64,000 nt of DNA from Octopus vulgaris (GCA_951406725.2 OX597822.1:22072001-22136000); one strand, 5' to 3'. Shown: positions 39,101 through 53,237, counted from the stretch's first letter. Notes: generated from the sequence alone by a model not told the origin. Numbers and translations: made by a program.

Positions 39101-42100
39101 ATGGGTGAAATAGCTGGTATGAGTTGAATCACCTATTTGACAAGCAATTAAATTTTCATCCACTAAAGAAGCCTTAAATATGAAAATTCTATATGTAGAA
39201 CAAACATTAGTCAATGATAGTCATATTAATAGATTACACTGTGCAACAGGATTTTTGTCTTTGAGTTGCAATTGCTATTTCCTGTTTGTTTAATCTTAGA
39301 AAGTATGAAAAATTGCTAATATTTCTTTGAGACTTTGCTTTTGTCACATTTATTCAAACTTCAAAGAATCCCTCTCAAAACATGGCTATGCTGCTCTCCC
39401 TCTACTCCTGCTCATGATCAGAGACACATATGCTGTCAGCCACTAAGGGACATACTCAAGTGGTTAAGACCAAGCAACTGACAAACAAATCTATGGTACT
39501 GAGCAGTGTATTTACTATAATGATATTTCTGCTTCTGCAGCTCAGTGCTGAATCTGTATGAAATGTAATGGAAAATAGGTCAGTTTTAAAACATTAATGT
39601 CCAGGTCACAAAAGCAAAGCTTGAAGAAAATAGTGGTCATTTCCTTTGAGTTCTAGATAGAAGCAAATAAGAAATAACACTTACTGACCAAAGACAAAAA
39701 AGAAGAAAAATTTAGAATTATGTTACACAGGATGATACCAGATGGAATTTACCTACACTGTTACAACTTATGCAGTACCTATTAAAGATACACAAGCCAT
39801 ACATATATCATATAATAAAAGAACCAAATTACTCCTGGTTATAAGATGGATGAATATATCATTAAAATACTTAAGAAGCAGAACACAACATGTATCACTC
39901 TTAACCATAAAGTCATAGAATATATTATAAAATTATGAGAATAAAAAAAATCTCATATCACCTCGAAATTACAAACTAACAAACACATGGAATATGATTC
40001 AGACACCCATTTTTCAAAGATACTTTTATTTGTTTCAGTCATTTGACTGCAGCTATGCTGGAGCACTGCCTTTAGTTGAGCGAATCGACCCCAGGACTTA
40101 TTCTTTGTGAGCCTAAGACTTATTCTATCAGTCTATTTTGCTGAACCGCTAAGTTATGAGGACATAAACACACCAGCATCGGTTGTCAATCAATGTTGGG
40201 AGGACAAACACAGACACACAAACACACACACACACATATATATACGATGGGCTTCTTTCAGTTTCCATCTACCAAATCCACTCACAAGGCTTTGGTTAGC
40301 CTGAGTAGAAAACACTTGCCATTAGGTGACATGCAGTGGGACTGAACCTAAAACTATGTGGTTGGTAAGCAAGCTACTTATCACACAGCCACAATATAAT
40401 ATTTTTTTATTAGATGACCTTTCATTTGCAACAAGGAACGAAGGCAACTCATTATTAATACATATTGCAACATAAAATTTTAAAACAAAATTACAGTTGA
40501 CAACTCTAATTTTATACAAAATTCTATAAATAAGAAAGACTATGGTCATAAATAAGGAAACGTCTTATTATATTCAATAATTTCAGCCTGAAAATAATCA
40601 TTACTACACACCTAAGCATGTGAATTCCTAAGACATTACCCTCAACCTAACCACACTCAACCTAACTCAAATCATACAGTAGACTTAATGAAACACATAT
40701 ATATGCACACATATATTAATAAAGATTCCTGCGATTTGACCGTAGTTTGTAAAAACAATATTATTGGACAAACCTCTAACCTTTTATTGAATATGAAAAT
40801 TTTTGACAGTGTGGTTTCCTAATAAAGCACTAGAAAGCAGTGAATTCAAAGCTAAATATCACATATACATTTAGCCATTAGGCAGCCAATGGTTGGAAGA
40901 GAAGACACCATTATTATCTGGCCACCATGGCTGTTCTCAATAAATGTTAAATCTAACTTGGTTAAACATGTCCTAGCTTTAATTAATAAACATTTCCCCA
41001 TCAACTACTGATACAGAAAACTGAGTGTATCTTCTCAGTCAAAGCTACCCTGTTGGACCGATGCCTCTGACAATGGCATGAGCAAACAAATTATTTGCAG
41101 ATACATGCTGATGTCTGCCAAACAGATGATACTTCATGGGTTTCATGCAAAACAGGGAAAATCCAAATAATAACCTATCTATTCATTCTTCCTTAGCAAG
41201 TACAGGAGACAACTCTTGTTATGATTTGATCTCAGTGTATGTGTGTGTGTGTGTAGTAAAGTATGTTTCTTTATTACCCACACGGGGCTAAACATAGAGG
41301 GGACAAACAAGGACAGACAAATGAACTAAGTCGATTACATCGACCCCAGTGCATAACTGGCACTTAATTTATTGACCCCGAAAGGATGAAAGGCAAAGTT
41401 GACATCAGCGGAAATTGAACTCAGAACGTAACGGCAGATGAAATATGGTTACACATTTTGCCTGGTGTGCTAACGGTTCTGCCAGCTCGCCGCCTTTAAG
41501 TATATGCTAGCACAATGTGACAAGCAATAAGTCTCTAGTTAATCAAGACTACTTAGATTAATGAGAGATAAACATTGAAACAATTTGTAAATCTGCCCAA
41601 AGCAAGAAGGGGGGGGGGGCAGCTTCAAATCTCAAAACAATGATTTAGCTATACTAATATCTTGGTTAATTAAAACTGGAATTACACATATAACAAGGTG
41701 AAAACTAATCTGAACTTTGTTAATTCTTTATTTTTTTCCATCTCATCAGGTTGTATGTTCACAAACTGTGCCTAGACAGTTGTTACTTACAAACTGAGTT
41801 CCTTGAACACTCACTGAGTCTATGTAGGATATGAATATTGTATGTTGCTTATTCAATATTTAGAAAATAAGTACATCGAAAGCAGCTTTCCCCCAACTTT
41901 TTCCTGTTAGGTAACCATTGAAATACATTTCAGTTTCAGAGAATTACTAGATAAAAGTTATATATTTTTATTAGTAATTTTCTTTCTCTTCTTAAAGTTA
42001 AATTTACAAGGTTTAAGAAATTTTGTTTTAACCATAAACTCACTCAGACTGATTCTCCCTACAATTCTCTGTTGAAAGTTTATCAATAGATGTCAGAATT

Positions 42101-42971
42101 ACCCACCTTTAGGGGATAGATGTACATCATTCATCATCAGTTCATTCATTTGTTTTAATTTCCCCTTTTCCATGCTAGCATAGCTTTTACAAGAATTGAC
42201 TTTAAAGTAGGATTTTCAGCTGGTTGCTCTTCCTGTCACCAACACTCACTGTTTCTCAAGTCAGGGATTATTTTTCTTTCATTGGTCTTCAAAAGTATAG
42301 TATGATTGAATGTAATGTCAAAAAGGAATGTAAACATCAACACTGTTTAGGTCAAGCAGTCAAAGGTGAAATACCAGCATGTGCACACTCACATACACAC
42401 ACATGCATGCGCACACACAGGCACACACATACACATGCACACACACACTCACATGTGCACTTACACACATACACGTGCATGTGTGCACGCATACACGAAC
42501 ACACACAAATACAAACTTGCACATACAGGATGAGTTTCCTCCAGTTCTCAGTACCAAACTCACTTACAAGATATTGGCTAGCCTGAGTCTATGGTAGAAA
42601 AACCAAAAGTGAGATGCAATTGGATTGAACCTGAACCTATGTGGATGTAATATGAGTTTCTTAACCACACGGCCAGAATAAAGCCTATATATATGCATAA
42701 CAATCAATACAAAATCAAACTCAAAAACAACTCAAAAATGTATCTGCATTGAATTAAGCTACTTATCACTGTTTCTTGAGAAACCATAAGTGATCTCTCA
42801 CAGAACCCTAAAGATTCTGAGAACTTGCTTGAGAAATGCTATTCTAAAATTTGTATGTATACACTCAACATCTACAGGGCCTGTCTATAGAATTGAAATG
42901 TTAGTTTGTACTGACAAAATTCCTGGCATCATTTGTATTTCCAGCATTTGCAGTTTGTGTGTATTAGCCTA

Positions 42972-43162
42972 ATAAGCTGGGCCTATGTTGTTCAATGTAT
43001 ATTGGTGTAAAGAATGAGGTAATTCATGCCCAGAATTTATAAGCTGGGCCTATAATGGTTCAACACATGCTAGCTGTAAAGGATGAAATTCAAGCCAATA
43101 TCTATAAGCTGGGCTTAAATGGTTCAATATGTACTAGTTGTAAAGGACGAGATAAATCATGG
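42972..43162 (+). repeat. Three-copy minisatellite with a ~66-bp unit
   Basis: ATAAGCTGGGC...GTTCAA...TGTAAAG.A.GA starts at 42972, 43039 and 43104. Confidence 0.85.
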
Positions 43163-44030
43163 CACTTTTGCATGACCTGTAGGATTTGATCTGCTAGAAA
43201 AAGCAGCTTAATATCTAAATCCACACTCTGTAATTATAAATATAAGAATACATTGGTTACAGTGATTATGTATCTACTATGTATGTGTAGACACTTGAAC
43301 AAATGGTCAAAGTGTTATACTCACAATCACAAGACCAAGGTTTCAATTTTCAGACCAGCAGTGCACTGTGTTCTTGAGCAAGACACTTTATTTCACATTG
43401 CTCCAGTTCACTCAGCTGCAAATGGACAACCCCACAGTAGACTGGCATCCTGTTAGGTGGGGAAAAGCTGGCTTGCTTCCCTAACCAGCAGAAGGCGTCA
43501 TTCAACAACTACAACAATGTGAAAAGTGAATTGTGACCAGCAGCGTATATATCACATATATAGCAGTATATAGCATGTGGTGGCGAATTGGCAGAAACAT
43601 TAGCATGCTGGGCAAAATTCTTAGCGGTATTTTGTCTGCCGTTACGTTCTGAATTCAAATTCTGCCAAGGTCGACTTTGCCTTTCATCCTTTCAGGGTTG
43701 ATAAATTAAGTACCAGTTATGCACCGGGGTTGATGTAATTGACTTAATCCCTTTGTCTGTCCTTGTTTGTCCCCTCTATGTTTAGCCCCTTGTGGGTAGT
43801 AAAGAAATAGGTATTTCATCTGGCGCTAAATTCTGAGTTCAAATTCTGCCAAGGTTGACTCTGCCATTCATCCTTTCAAGGTTGATAAATTAAGTACCAG
43901 TTACGCACTGGTGTCGATGTAATCAACTTAATCCCTTTGTCTGTTCCCTCTGCATTTAGCCCCTTGTGGGCAATAAAGAAATAAGTATATAGCATGGGAT
44001 AGTCTGGTTGATACAATAAGATATACTATG

Positions 44031-44074
<44 letters not shown>

Positions 44075-45649
44075 TGTGACCGACCAGGCTATCAGATGCT
44101 GCTACACATCGCTGGTCACAATGCGCTTCACATTGTTTTAGCCTTCAAATGATGCCATCCTGCTGGCTAAGCGAGTAGGCCAACAGAAGAAAGAGTGAGA
44201 GAAAGTTGCGGCGAAAGAGTACAGCAGGGATTGCCACCACCCCCTGCCAGAACCACGTGGAGCTTTAGGTGTTTTCACTCAATAAACACTCATAACGCCC
44301 AGTCTGGGAATTGAAACCGCGAGTCCGCTGCTCCAACCACTGGGCCATTGTACCTCCACACACACATATATATATGTATATGGTGTATATGAAAAAAGAC
44401 AATATAGTTATGTCTGGACTGTCCTTCATTGTAGGCTGACCTAGGGCTAAATAATAATAATTACATCTATCACCTACTTCTATATCAAGCTAGCATCAAC
44501 AGGCCCAATTTATAGATTTAATGTATGTTATAGGTTATGTCTATATAGCTTGAACCAGCCTGATGTGTTTATCTTGCTACCATTTACACAATATATCCAT
44601 TTCATTAAAAGAAGATAAAGTAATAATGTTGCATGGGTGTTGTTCTTTTCACTTCATGTGATAAATTTAGCAGCCTTTCAATTCATAAATATATTAACGT
44701 TTTTTTTTTTTTGTTTTGTTTTCAGTTTTATCTTCCTTAAAAATAATATCAGATACTTCAATTGCAAATTCATAAATTTTTTTTTTTTTAAATCTTAATG
44801 CATGATCTGCAGTAACTGGCACACAAAGCAAGCTTTTTATTATGTAAATATATTGATATGTTTGCTTACACTGACAAAAACCAGAAGAAAACACAATACT
44901 GGGGAATTGTTTTCGTAATCAATGAAAATGTTTTGTTTTTCTTTATGGATGAGAGAAAAATCAGGGAAAAATTGGAAGGATGATCATTTTTGAATGCATC
45001 GGAAAAAAATATTGATAAAAGCAATTACTTTAAAAAGATACAAAGTATTAAAATAAAATTTCAAACTCCAACTATGGTATTGCCTAAAAATATTTCTCTT
45101 CCAAAATTTTCTGTTAGATAGTCATATGATATAGCAATAACTTAGAGTTGTGTCAGAAATATAAAACCTGGTTTATTTATTCATTTATTCATTTTTTTTA
45201 TTATTAGAATTGTAGGTATGTTGATCAAAATCCTCAGCAGCAATTCATCCAATTTTTATATTCTGAGTTCAAATTCTTCTGAAGTCAGCTTTGCCTTTCA
45301 TCTTTTGGGTTCGATACAATAAATGCCAGTTGAACATAGGGCCCAATGTAATCAACTAGCTTCCTCCCACAAAACTTCAGGCTTTTTGCCTATAGTAGAA
45401 AGGGTTATTACTACTGAGGTAGAAAGGTGGTAAAATCATTACTGCATTGGACAAAACACTTTGCAGTATTTTTTCTGACTCTTTGTATTCTGAATTCAAA
45501 TACTGCCAAGGTTGACTTTGCCTCACATCTTTTCAGGGTTAATAAAATAATTACCAATTGAGCCCTGTAGTTGATGTAATCAACTTCCTCCTCTCCTCAA
45601 GATTGCTGGCCTTGTATGAAAATTAGAATAATTATTATCATTATTATTA

Positions 45650-45684
<35 letters not shown>

Positions 45685-46309
45685 GAATTGAGGATAATGA
45701 GCTGGCAGAATTGTTAGCATGCCAGAAAAATGCTTAGCAGTATTTTGTCCGTCTTCTGAGTTCAAATTCCACCGAGATCAACTTTGCCTTTCATCCCAAT
45801 GGGGTTGATAAGGAAAAGTACCAGTTGAGCACCGGGGCCAATGTAATTGACTTACTCCTCCCCCCAAATTGCTGACCTTGTGCCAAAATTTGAAACCATT
45901 ATTATTGAATTGGATTAGCAGAATCATTAGAGCAAAATACAAAATGTCTTGAAGAATTTTTACCAGCTTTTAAAATTCTTAGTCCAAATGTCACCGAGGC
46001 CAATAGAATAAGTACCAGTCAAATAATCAGTTGATGGTTGCATGACACATCATACATTATATATTTAGACTATTCTAGTCAGCAAAGTAGTAGTAATAAT
46101 AGTAGTAGTAGTAGTGGTTGTTGTTATCAACACCATAAGAATTTATAAACTCTCAAGAGAACAAGGAATAATTTATTGTCGTATTTTTGGATGGTAATTT
46201 TTTTTTGTTGCCAATGAAACGCACGCACTATATATTCATTCTTCACTCATGATTTTTCTCATTTTGTCCATTGTCTGGAAATCTTTTGTTACACACTCTT
46301 CCATCTCCT

Positions 46310-46324
46310 GAATTGGTTCTTGAA

Positions 46325-46369
<45 letters not shown>

Positions 46370-46518
46370 ACATATATAATTGCAAGTATGTATTGACTTG
46401 AAAAACCCTTTTGGATAGAAAACGTTGAAGGCTGGCATCCCATGGCATTTGAACCCATCTCCAGTAGACATGAAATGTTATTATCTATAGCTTTATATGT
46501 ACTTCAAGAACCAATTCC
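46310..46518. mobile_element. Unclassified TIR MITE, copy 1
   Basis: Termini GAATTGGTTCTTGAAGTA... and ...TATATGTACTTCAAGAACCAATTCC. It truncates a PLE-like fragment at about 46165-46300. No clear TSD. Confidence 0.7.
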
Positions 46519-46527
46519 AAAAAAACA

Positions 46528-46581
<54 letters not shown>

Positions 46582-46689
46582 GATGATGATGTTGTTGTTG
46601 TTGTTGTTGTTTCTTCTTCTTTCATTTGCTCAACACTTCATTGGATTGTTAAACATCAAGCCAAATCCTGCAATGTTATGAATTAAACA

Positions 46690-47060
46690 CCTATCTTATA
46701 GTTCTTGCTGTGCCAAGCTTATAGGCTTTCTGTAGAATCAGAAAATTCATCTTGATTTCCAAAACCCTCAACTAATCATTCAAACTTCTTGGAACTGTTC
46801 CTAAGAATCCTTTTACAACCGGAATAATGATACCTTTGCAGCAATTTGAGCGTCTTTGAAGTTCATAATTTAGATCCTGATAATTTTCTATTTCCTCACA
46901 TTCTTTTTCTGCTACTCTTCTATCAAACAAGCATGCGGCATCAATTAAGCTATACACACTTTCTTCTTTATTGAGTTCAACACTATCTGGTCAGGAATGT
47001 TCTGTTTGCTTAACCTTTTGAAGTTTCACATCCCGTAATATTTTCTTGCATGGTCATATT
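46690..47060 (-). mobile_element. R4/Dong-like non-LTR element fragment (restriction-like endonuclease domain)
   Basis: Manual translation gives KILRDVKLQKVKQTEHS*PDSVELNKEESVYSLIDAACLFDRRVAEKECEEIENYQDLNYELQR...IIPVVKGFLGTVP, matching ILWD..IQ....EH.RPD.....IID...P.D......E.EK..KY.DL......IPVVIGALG. Flanked by (TTA)n tracts. Confidence 0.78.
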
Positions 47061-48919
47061 CAAGAATGTGCTCTGTTTTATGGTCATACCATTTTTTCAT
47101 ATTATTATTATTATTATTATCATTATTACAGAGTGAAGAGATGGTTTTTGCTTTTTCCTTCAAAACATTTTTTATTCAAGCATTACCAAATGAAATTTTC
47201 TTTGAATTACTCGGGGAAAAAAAAATCATAATTGCCTTAGGATTGATGGGGATCTGACCTTGACAGTTAATAGGTGATATCAAGAAAATGGTTTGTTTTA
47301 CAAACTTTTTACTTCTAAAATAGCTACCACATATACGCCACATGACAAAATAAAAAAAACTATGCTAGCTAAAATAGTAGAAACACAAGAATCAACACAA
47401 CTAGATTTACAAAAGAAATAAGAAAATGAATAGTATAGTGAGCAGTTAACAGATGAAATTGTCCCTATTCAAATTATTAATTTGAAAGTGAGTGACATGA
47501 ATAACAACAATAATAACATAATAACTCTTACATGAATCCAGTTATTGTTGTCCATTCATGTAGTATCTCTTATGAAAAAAGCCTCTCTGTGTTTAATGGA
47601 CAGAATTTTTGGACCTATCACAGTTGCAAGTATAATACGGAAGAACTTTGTAAATCCTATCAACATTTTTTTGTCTGAGGAGATTATCCAGGGGAAAATG
47701 AAGAGAGGAATTATATATCACTGCTTTTGAAAAAGTGGAAGTGGATTAAATTTTCCATGATATCAAGTAGTACGACAAGCTTTCTGATCATATTGGGAGA
47801 AATTATCTCAAATGAAAAATGTTATACCATTAAAACTAGGCAAAATATTGATTGCTAGCTGTACATTTATGACCAAATATATGGATCAAAGGACACCAGA
47901 CCCACTGTAAGCAACATTGGACATGGTGTAGACATATGGCTAGTGGTACATTCTGTGTTACAGGGTGGGTGAGCAATCAGATAGTGAGCTTTGGTTAAAA
48001 TAGACTTGCAGCTCCTAATGACCCCATACCAGAATTGTGCTCAGTAGAAGGTGTTGATTCAAAGGGCATAAGGTTGATGATATGGAGTAGAAAACCTGGC
48101 TGTTACACTTTTGGGGAGTAAAACATACCTAATATCTGAATACCTAGAACTGGGAGGATTAAGCAAAAACAGATTAAATAAAAACAGAGTAAGCAAAAGT
48201 AATAGACAGCAAAAATAACAACAAACCACATTTTTAGATCACCCCCGCCTCAGACCAAACACTAGAAATTGTAAGGAGAATATCTTTAGGACTTGCATCA
48301 CAAATTGATGATCAAATGGCTCATCTCCAAACAGTACCAACCTCTGGTACCACACATTCATTGAGTGATGTGGTAGTGATAATTACACATGAAAATTCCT
48401 AAATGCTTGAAAATAAGACCAGGGAAAAGAGAAAAATATCATAGGAAATGAAAACTTGACATATAACAACAAAAACAAGTGAAAAAAAAACAATTTCTTC
48501 TAAACGACAACAAAATCTTTCCTCAAAGAAATATCAAAGAAAATTAAAAGAACAAAAGTGAACTAAGATTCACCATTCTTCAAAAACCAAACAAATGGTT
48601 GACAGAAAGAATTACATATCTCTAAGGTTACAGACTTTGAAGAAATTGTAATCCCACAAAAACTGTTAGGGTCAGAATTTAGACAAACTACAATGAATGG
48701 TTCACTAGCATTAAGACATTATTCCTAAATTTAAGTGAATACTACTAAGATGTTGGTGATTTTAACACTGTCACAAAAATGCTTACTGGTGTATTCAATT
48801 GCACTTGAATACAATTTTGGAAATGGTATAGTGAATGGAACTAAGTGGAGAACCTTAACTCAGCTTAGCTTGTAAATCTTTCATGTTTTATTTCTTCAAA
48901 TTAAATCTTTTTTAAATAT

Positions 48920-49153
48920 TACTCCTTTACTCCTTTCTCCTTTACTTGTTTCAGTCATATGACTGCAGCCATGCTGGAGCACTGCCTTTAGTCAAGCAAA
49001 TCAACTCCGGGACTTATTCTTTATAAGCCTAGTACTTATTCTATCAGTCTCTTTTGCCAAACTGCTAAGTTATGGGGACATAAACACAACAGCATCGGTT
49101 GTCAAGCGATGCTGGGGGGACAAACACAGACACACAAACATATATACACACAC

Positions 49154-49216
<63 letters not shown>

Positions 49217-49381
49217 TACGATGGGCTTCTTTCAGTTTCCGTCTACCAAATCCACTCACAAGGCTTTGGTCGGCCCGAGGGTATAGTAGAAGACACTTAC
49301 CCAAGATGCCACACAGTGGGACTGAACCTGGAACCATGTGGTTGGTAAGCAAGCTACTTACCACACAGCCACTCCTGCACC
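48920..49381 (-). mobile_element. Full-length copy of the same SINE family
   Basis: Reverse complement of 52824-53237 with a central (TA)n/(CA)n tract. Confidence 0.9.
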
Positions 49382-49540
49382 TATTGCGTCCATGCAAACA
49401 TGTCTGTGTATGTGTGGGCATGTGTGTACAGTGAGTATGTATGTGTATGTATATGCACAAATCAATGCATGTGTGTGTGTATATATGTATGTATATATAA
49501 ATATATATATATTTAAATTATATGTGTATGTATATATATA

Positions 49541-49732
49541 CGGGGAGGATTCACAAAACAAAAGACAAAGTCAGGTGGTGTAGACAACAAACAGATGTAT
49601 TAGTATAATGCTCAGGAAGTGAAAAAGTCTTTAATGTTTCGAGCCTACAGTCTTCCACAGAAAGGAACACAGAAAGAAACAAGGAGAGAAAATAAAGAAA
49701 GTGTCGTGGCTAGCAATCTATCATGGCAAAGG
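49541..49732 (-). mobile_element. PLE-like pseudo-LTR fragment with a degenerate hammerhead-like motif (49629-49664)
   Basis: Minus strand reads CUUU-CUGUGGA-AGACUGUAGGCUC-GAAA-CAUUA-AAG. It resembles the decayed tail at about 37930-37980, which lies downstream of a GIY-YIG remnant. Flanked by (TA)n. Confidence 0.5.
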
Positions 49733-49757
49733 TATGAATGTATGTATATATATATAT

Positions 49758-51622
49758 CAGTGGCGTGCGGTGACTTCCAGGGTTGGGCATGCAATGAATT
49801 TCTTTGCCCCACCCCACCCCCGGCAATTTTTCAGTTATAAAATTTTCGAATTCCTATGATTTACATATGGGAGATTCTGAATATGCAATCACCCCCGTAT
49901 GACCTAGAATAAAAAAAAACCTCGCCCTGGTACTATTTAAGAAGAGTGGTCCTGTTGCGTGTGCTCACGCATCTGCGCTGGCTAGTCGTGACTAGTCAAT
50001 CCTACGACTATCTAGCAAAGTAAATAAATTTTTTAAACAAAATATATAAAACACAAAAACACAAAGTAAATAATGTTTTAAATAAAATAAATAAAACACA
50101 AAGTAAGGATCGACTAGTCACGACTAGCTGGCGTGGGATGCTCGGGTGCGTGCACCGGGACCACTCTTCTTAAATAGTACCCATGATTTTTAAATTGTTT
50201 GCAATACTCATCAAATTTGTTGAAATTCGAAAGTTCCATGAATTTAAACTCTTCTAAGAATGAATATCGTGCTTTTATTTGGTCAACTATTGTACTGATA
50301 ATTTTGTTATAAAGCATTTTATAATGTCGTTGGGGCTCAATAGATATATTCTTGGGTCTCTGAATTCCAATTTCTGCATCGACTCCATATTTTTCCCCTA
50401 ACATATAAAAGATTGAAAAATTATCAAGTTTGTTTTCGAATACAGTTCTAGTTTTATCTGTTTGCTCTTTACAATACACTATGTCATGATTTTTACTCTG
50501 GAGGATGTTAAATAAGATGTCAGTAAAAGAAAAAATCTCACTGAATACTGAACAAAAATAAGAAATCAGGAACTTTTAAAGTGTGTAAGAATCCAATTGC
50601 TGAATTTATGGTGGTATCATCCCATGCTTCAGGATTTTCAATGATGTGCTCAAAAAGGCTGATTATGAAATTATAATTTTCCTTTGTGGTAATAATAAGC
50701 CGTGAGAAGTAATTCCACTGCTGTTGCCTTCGGAAATCTTTTTTTTAACAATGTTATCTAATGCATTAGCCCTTTTTGGTGATTTCATAAAAAATGTACT
50801 CAGTCCGTTTATTGTACAAAATAATATCTTGCATTCTTTCATAGCAGAGCATGATTGTGAAAGAACTAAATTTAGGATATGGGCACAACAATGAATAAAG
50901 ATCGCACATTCATATTTCTTTCTTACTTTTGCCTGTAACCCATTTAGTTGTCCTACCATTGTAGTGGCACCATCATATGTCTGTGCAATCAATTTGTTTC
51001 CACATTCCCACGTCTCAATGCATTTAAAAACATGTTCAGATAAAGCATTTGCAGATCGATCTTCACTAACATCACTAAAACCGATAAATCGTTCTTTCGT
51101 TGCACAGTCTTCTGTAACATAACGTAAAACTGTTGACAGTTGTTAATATGCTGAGGCATCAGATGTCCCATCAACAAAAATAGAAACAAACTTAGCTTGC
51201 TCGATTTCCTTTTGCATCTCATTCAACATAACTTCATGAATTGCATCGATCAAGTCATTTGGAATTCTGTTTGACAGACCGGTGAAGATAGAAGCTGTAT
51301 CTAGATAACTTTCCATTTACATATATGAGTTCTTTATAATTTCCACTATTATTAGAGCCTTCAGATTCAAAATGACCCCAAAACGATAATTCCTGGAAGC
51401 CTAAAAAAATAACAACATCGATCAATCATTGCAGAATGGATCTGTTTCGTCTGACTTTCTCATTATGATGTTGTATGCTTTGATTTTTACATGCATCTAA
51501 TTGTAAGTCTATGCAAACATTCTCGAATATTTTAAGATCTATCAAAGATTTTATATGCCTTTGAGAACGCTTGTGCTTTAACATAGCCATATGTAAATTA
51601 TTTAATTCATCATAGCCTTGTG
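49758..51622 (-). mobile_element. Decayed hAT transposon (ZMYM1/DUF4371-type transposase), 5'-truncated and lacking the C-terminal domain
   Basis: Minus-strand translation includes KHKRSQRH, FLGFQELSFWGHFESEGSNNSGNYKELI, FVSIFVDGTSD, ERFIGF and AQTYDGATTMVGQLNGLQA...FIHCCAHILNLVL, with stops and frameshifts. One hAT-like terminus CAGTGGCGTGCGGTG is at 49758. No partner TIR was found. Confidence 0.88.
49929..50181. mobile_element. MITE with ~75-bp inverted arms nested in the hAT element
   Basis: GGTACTATTTAAGAAGAGTGGTCC...GCTAGTCGTGACTAGTC at the left end is mirrored by GACTAGTCACGACTAGC...GGACCACTCTTCTTAAATAGTACC at the right. A-rich spacer. Possible TA TSD. Confidence 0.8.
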
Positions 51623-51817
51623 GGTATCATGCGGTCATACATATATGTATACAAGTTAAGTTTAGGAGGATTTGAACTCAAAGCTTAGAGAATTGGAACA
51701 ACTAGAACAAGGCATTTTAAATGATGTTATAACAACTCTGCAGGCATGGTTTGGATGGGTCATCAAATTCTGAGCCAGTTTATTTTGTATACATGTATAT
51801 GTGTGTGTATATATGTG

Positions 51818-51884
<67 letters not shown>

Positions 51885-52823
51885 GTATGTACATAATTCA
51901 ACCACTACCGTGGTTGAATATATTCTTAAGTCCACCATTTTGTCAACTGCAGCAGCTTCCAAGCTTCACCACTAATTCAGTTCTCAACTAAATTGCAAAC
52001 TGTTAACAGTCTTAAAGAGGACACCTCCTCAGCTACAATTTGGCATAAATAGTTTGAGATCTGGTTCAGTAGAAAATAAGTTACATCAAAATATCTGTGA
52101 CCTCAAGGCAAGCAGTAAGGCAGATATTCATCTTCAATTAACATAAATTTTTTAATTTTAAATTAAAAGTATACTTTTCTTATTCAGAATCGCTAGTTGC
52201 ATTGAACAAAAATTAGTAGAAAAAGAGTTATGAGGTAAAATGTTACAAAACTTTAGGGCCGTAAGGAAGTAAGGCTTAAGTAATATTTCTAAAATGAATG
52301 TTTACATTCAAAGGTGGCGAGCTGGCAGAAACGTTAGCTGACTGGGTGAAATGCTTAATGGTATATCGTCTGCCTTTATGTTTTGAGTTCAAATTTCACT
52401 GAGGTCAACTTTGACGTACAGATTATTTCATTAATCTTTTTCAACTAAACACTTTCAAACTTCCAATACTGGTAGAATGTATCACATAGAACAGGTTTTA
52501 CTCTGAACGTTTTTGACAAAATTTTGTATTTCAGAAGTGGTATTTCATCTGTCTTTACATTTTGTGTTCAAATTCTGCAGAGGTCAACTTTGACTTTCAT
52601 CCATTTCAGATCTATTCAATTAGATGTACAGATTATTTAATTAATTTTTTTTTTTCACTAAACACTCCCAGACTTCTGATAATGGTAAAATGTGTCACAT
52701 AGAGCAGGGTTTACTCTTAACATTTTTGACAAAATTTTGAATAATTGCCAATATACAAAACTCTCAGCTTTTGACTTACTCTCTAACTTTTGTTGATGAT
52801 ATATATATATATATGTTTACATA

Positions 52824-53237
52824 GGCGCAGGAGTGGCTGTGTGGTAAGTAGCTTGCTAACCAACCACATGGTTCCGGGTTCAGTCCCACTGCGTGGCATC
52901 TTGGGCAAGTGTCTTCTGCTATAGCCCCGGACCGACCAATGCCTTGTGAGTGGATTTGGTAGACGGAAACTGAAAGAAGCCTGTCGTATATATGTATATA
53001 TATATATAAGTGTGTGTGTATATGTTTGTGTGTCTGTATTTGTCCCCCTAGCATTGCTTGACAACCGATGCTGGTGTGTTTACGTCCCCGTCACTTAGCG
53101 GTTCGGCAAAATAGACCGATAGAATAAGTACTGGGCTTACAAAGAATAAGTCCCGGGGTCGATTTGCTCGACTAAAGGTGGTGCTCCAGCATGGCCACAG
53201 TCAAATGACTGAAACAAGTAAAAGAGAGTAAAAGAGT
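52824..53237 (+). mobile_element. Full-length, well-preserved copy of the same SINE family
   Basis: Runs GGCGCAGGAGTGGCTGTGTGGTAAG...GGTTCCGGGTTCAGTCCC...GAAACAAGTAAAAGAGAGTAAAAGAGTA. Many CpGs are retained, so it is probably young. Confidence 0.9.

Noticed and set aside
42972-43162. Regularly spaced ATAAGCTGGGC repeats resembling a CRISPR array
   Set aside because: The intervening sequences are homologous to each other, so this is a minisatellite. The context is eukaryotic and there are no cas genes.
51989-52045. Minus-strand CUGAGGA with a possible stem I (hammerhead candidate)
   Set aside because: No GAAA box and a weak stem II, so it is too degenerate to call.
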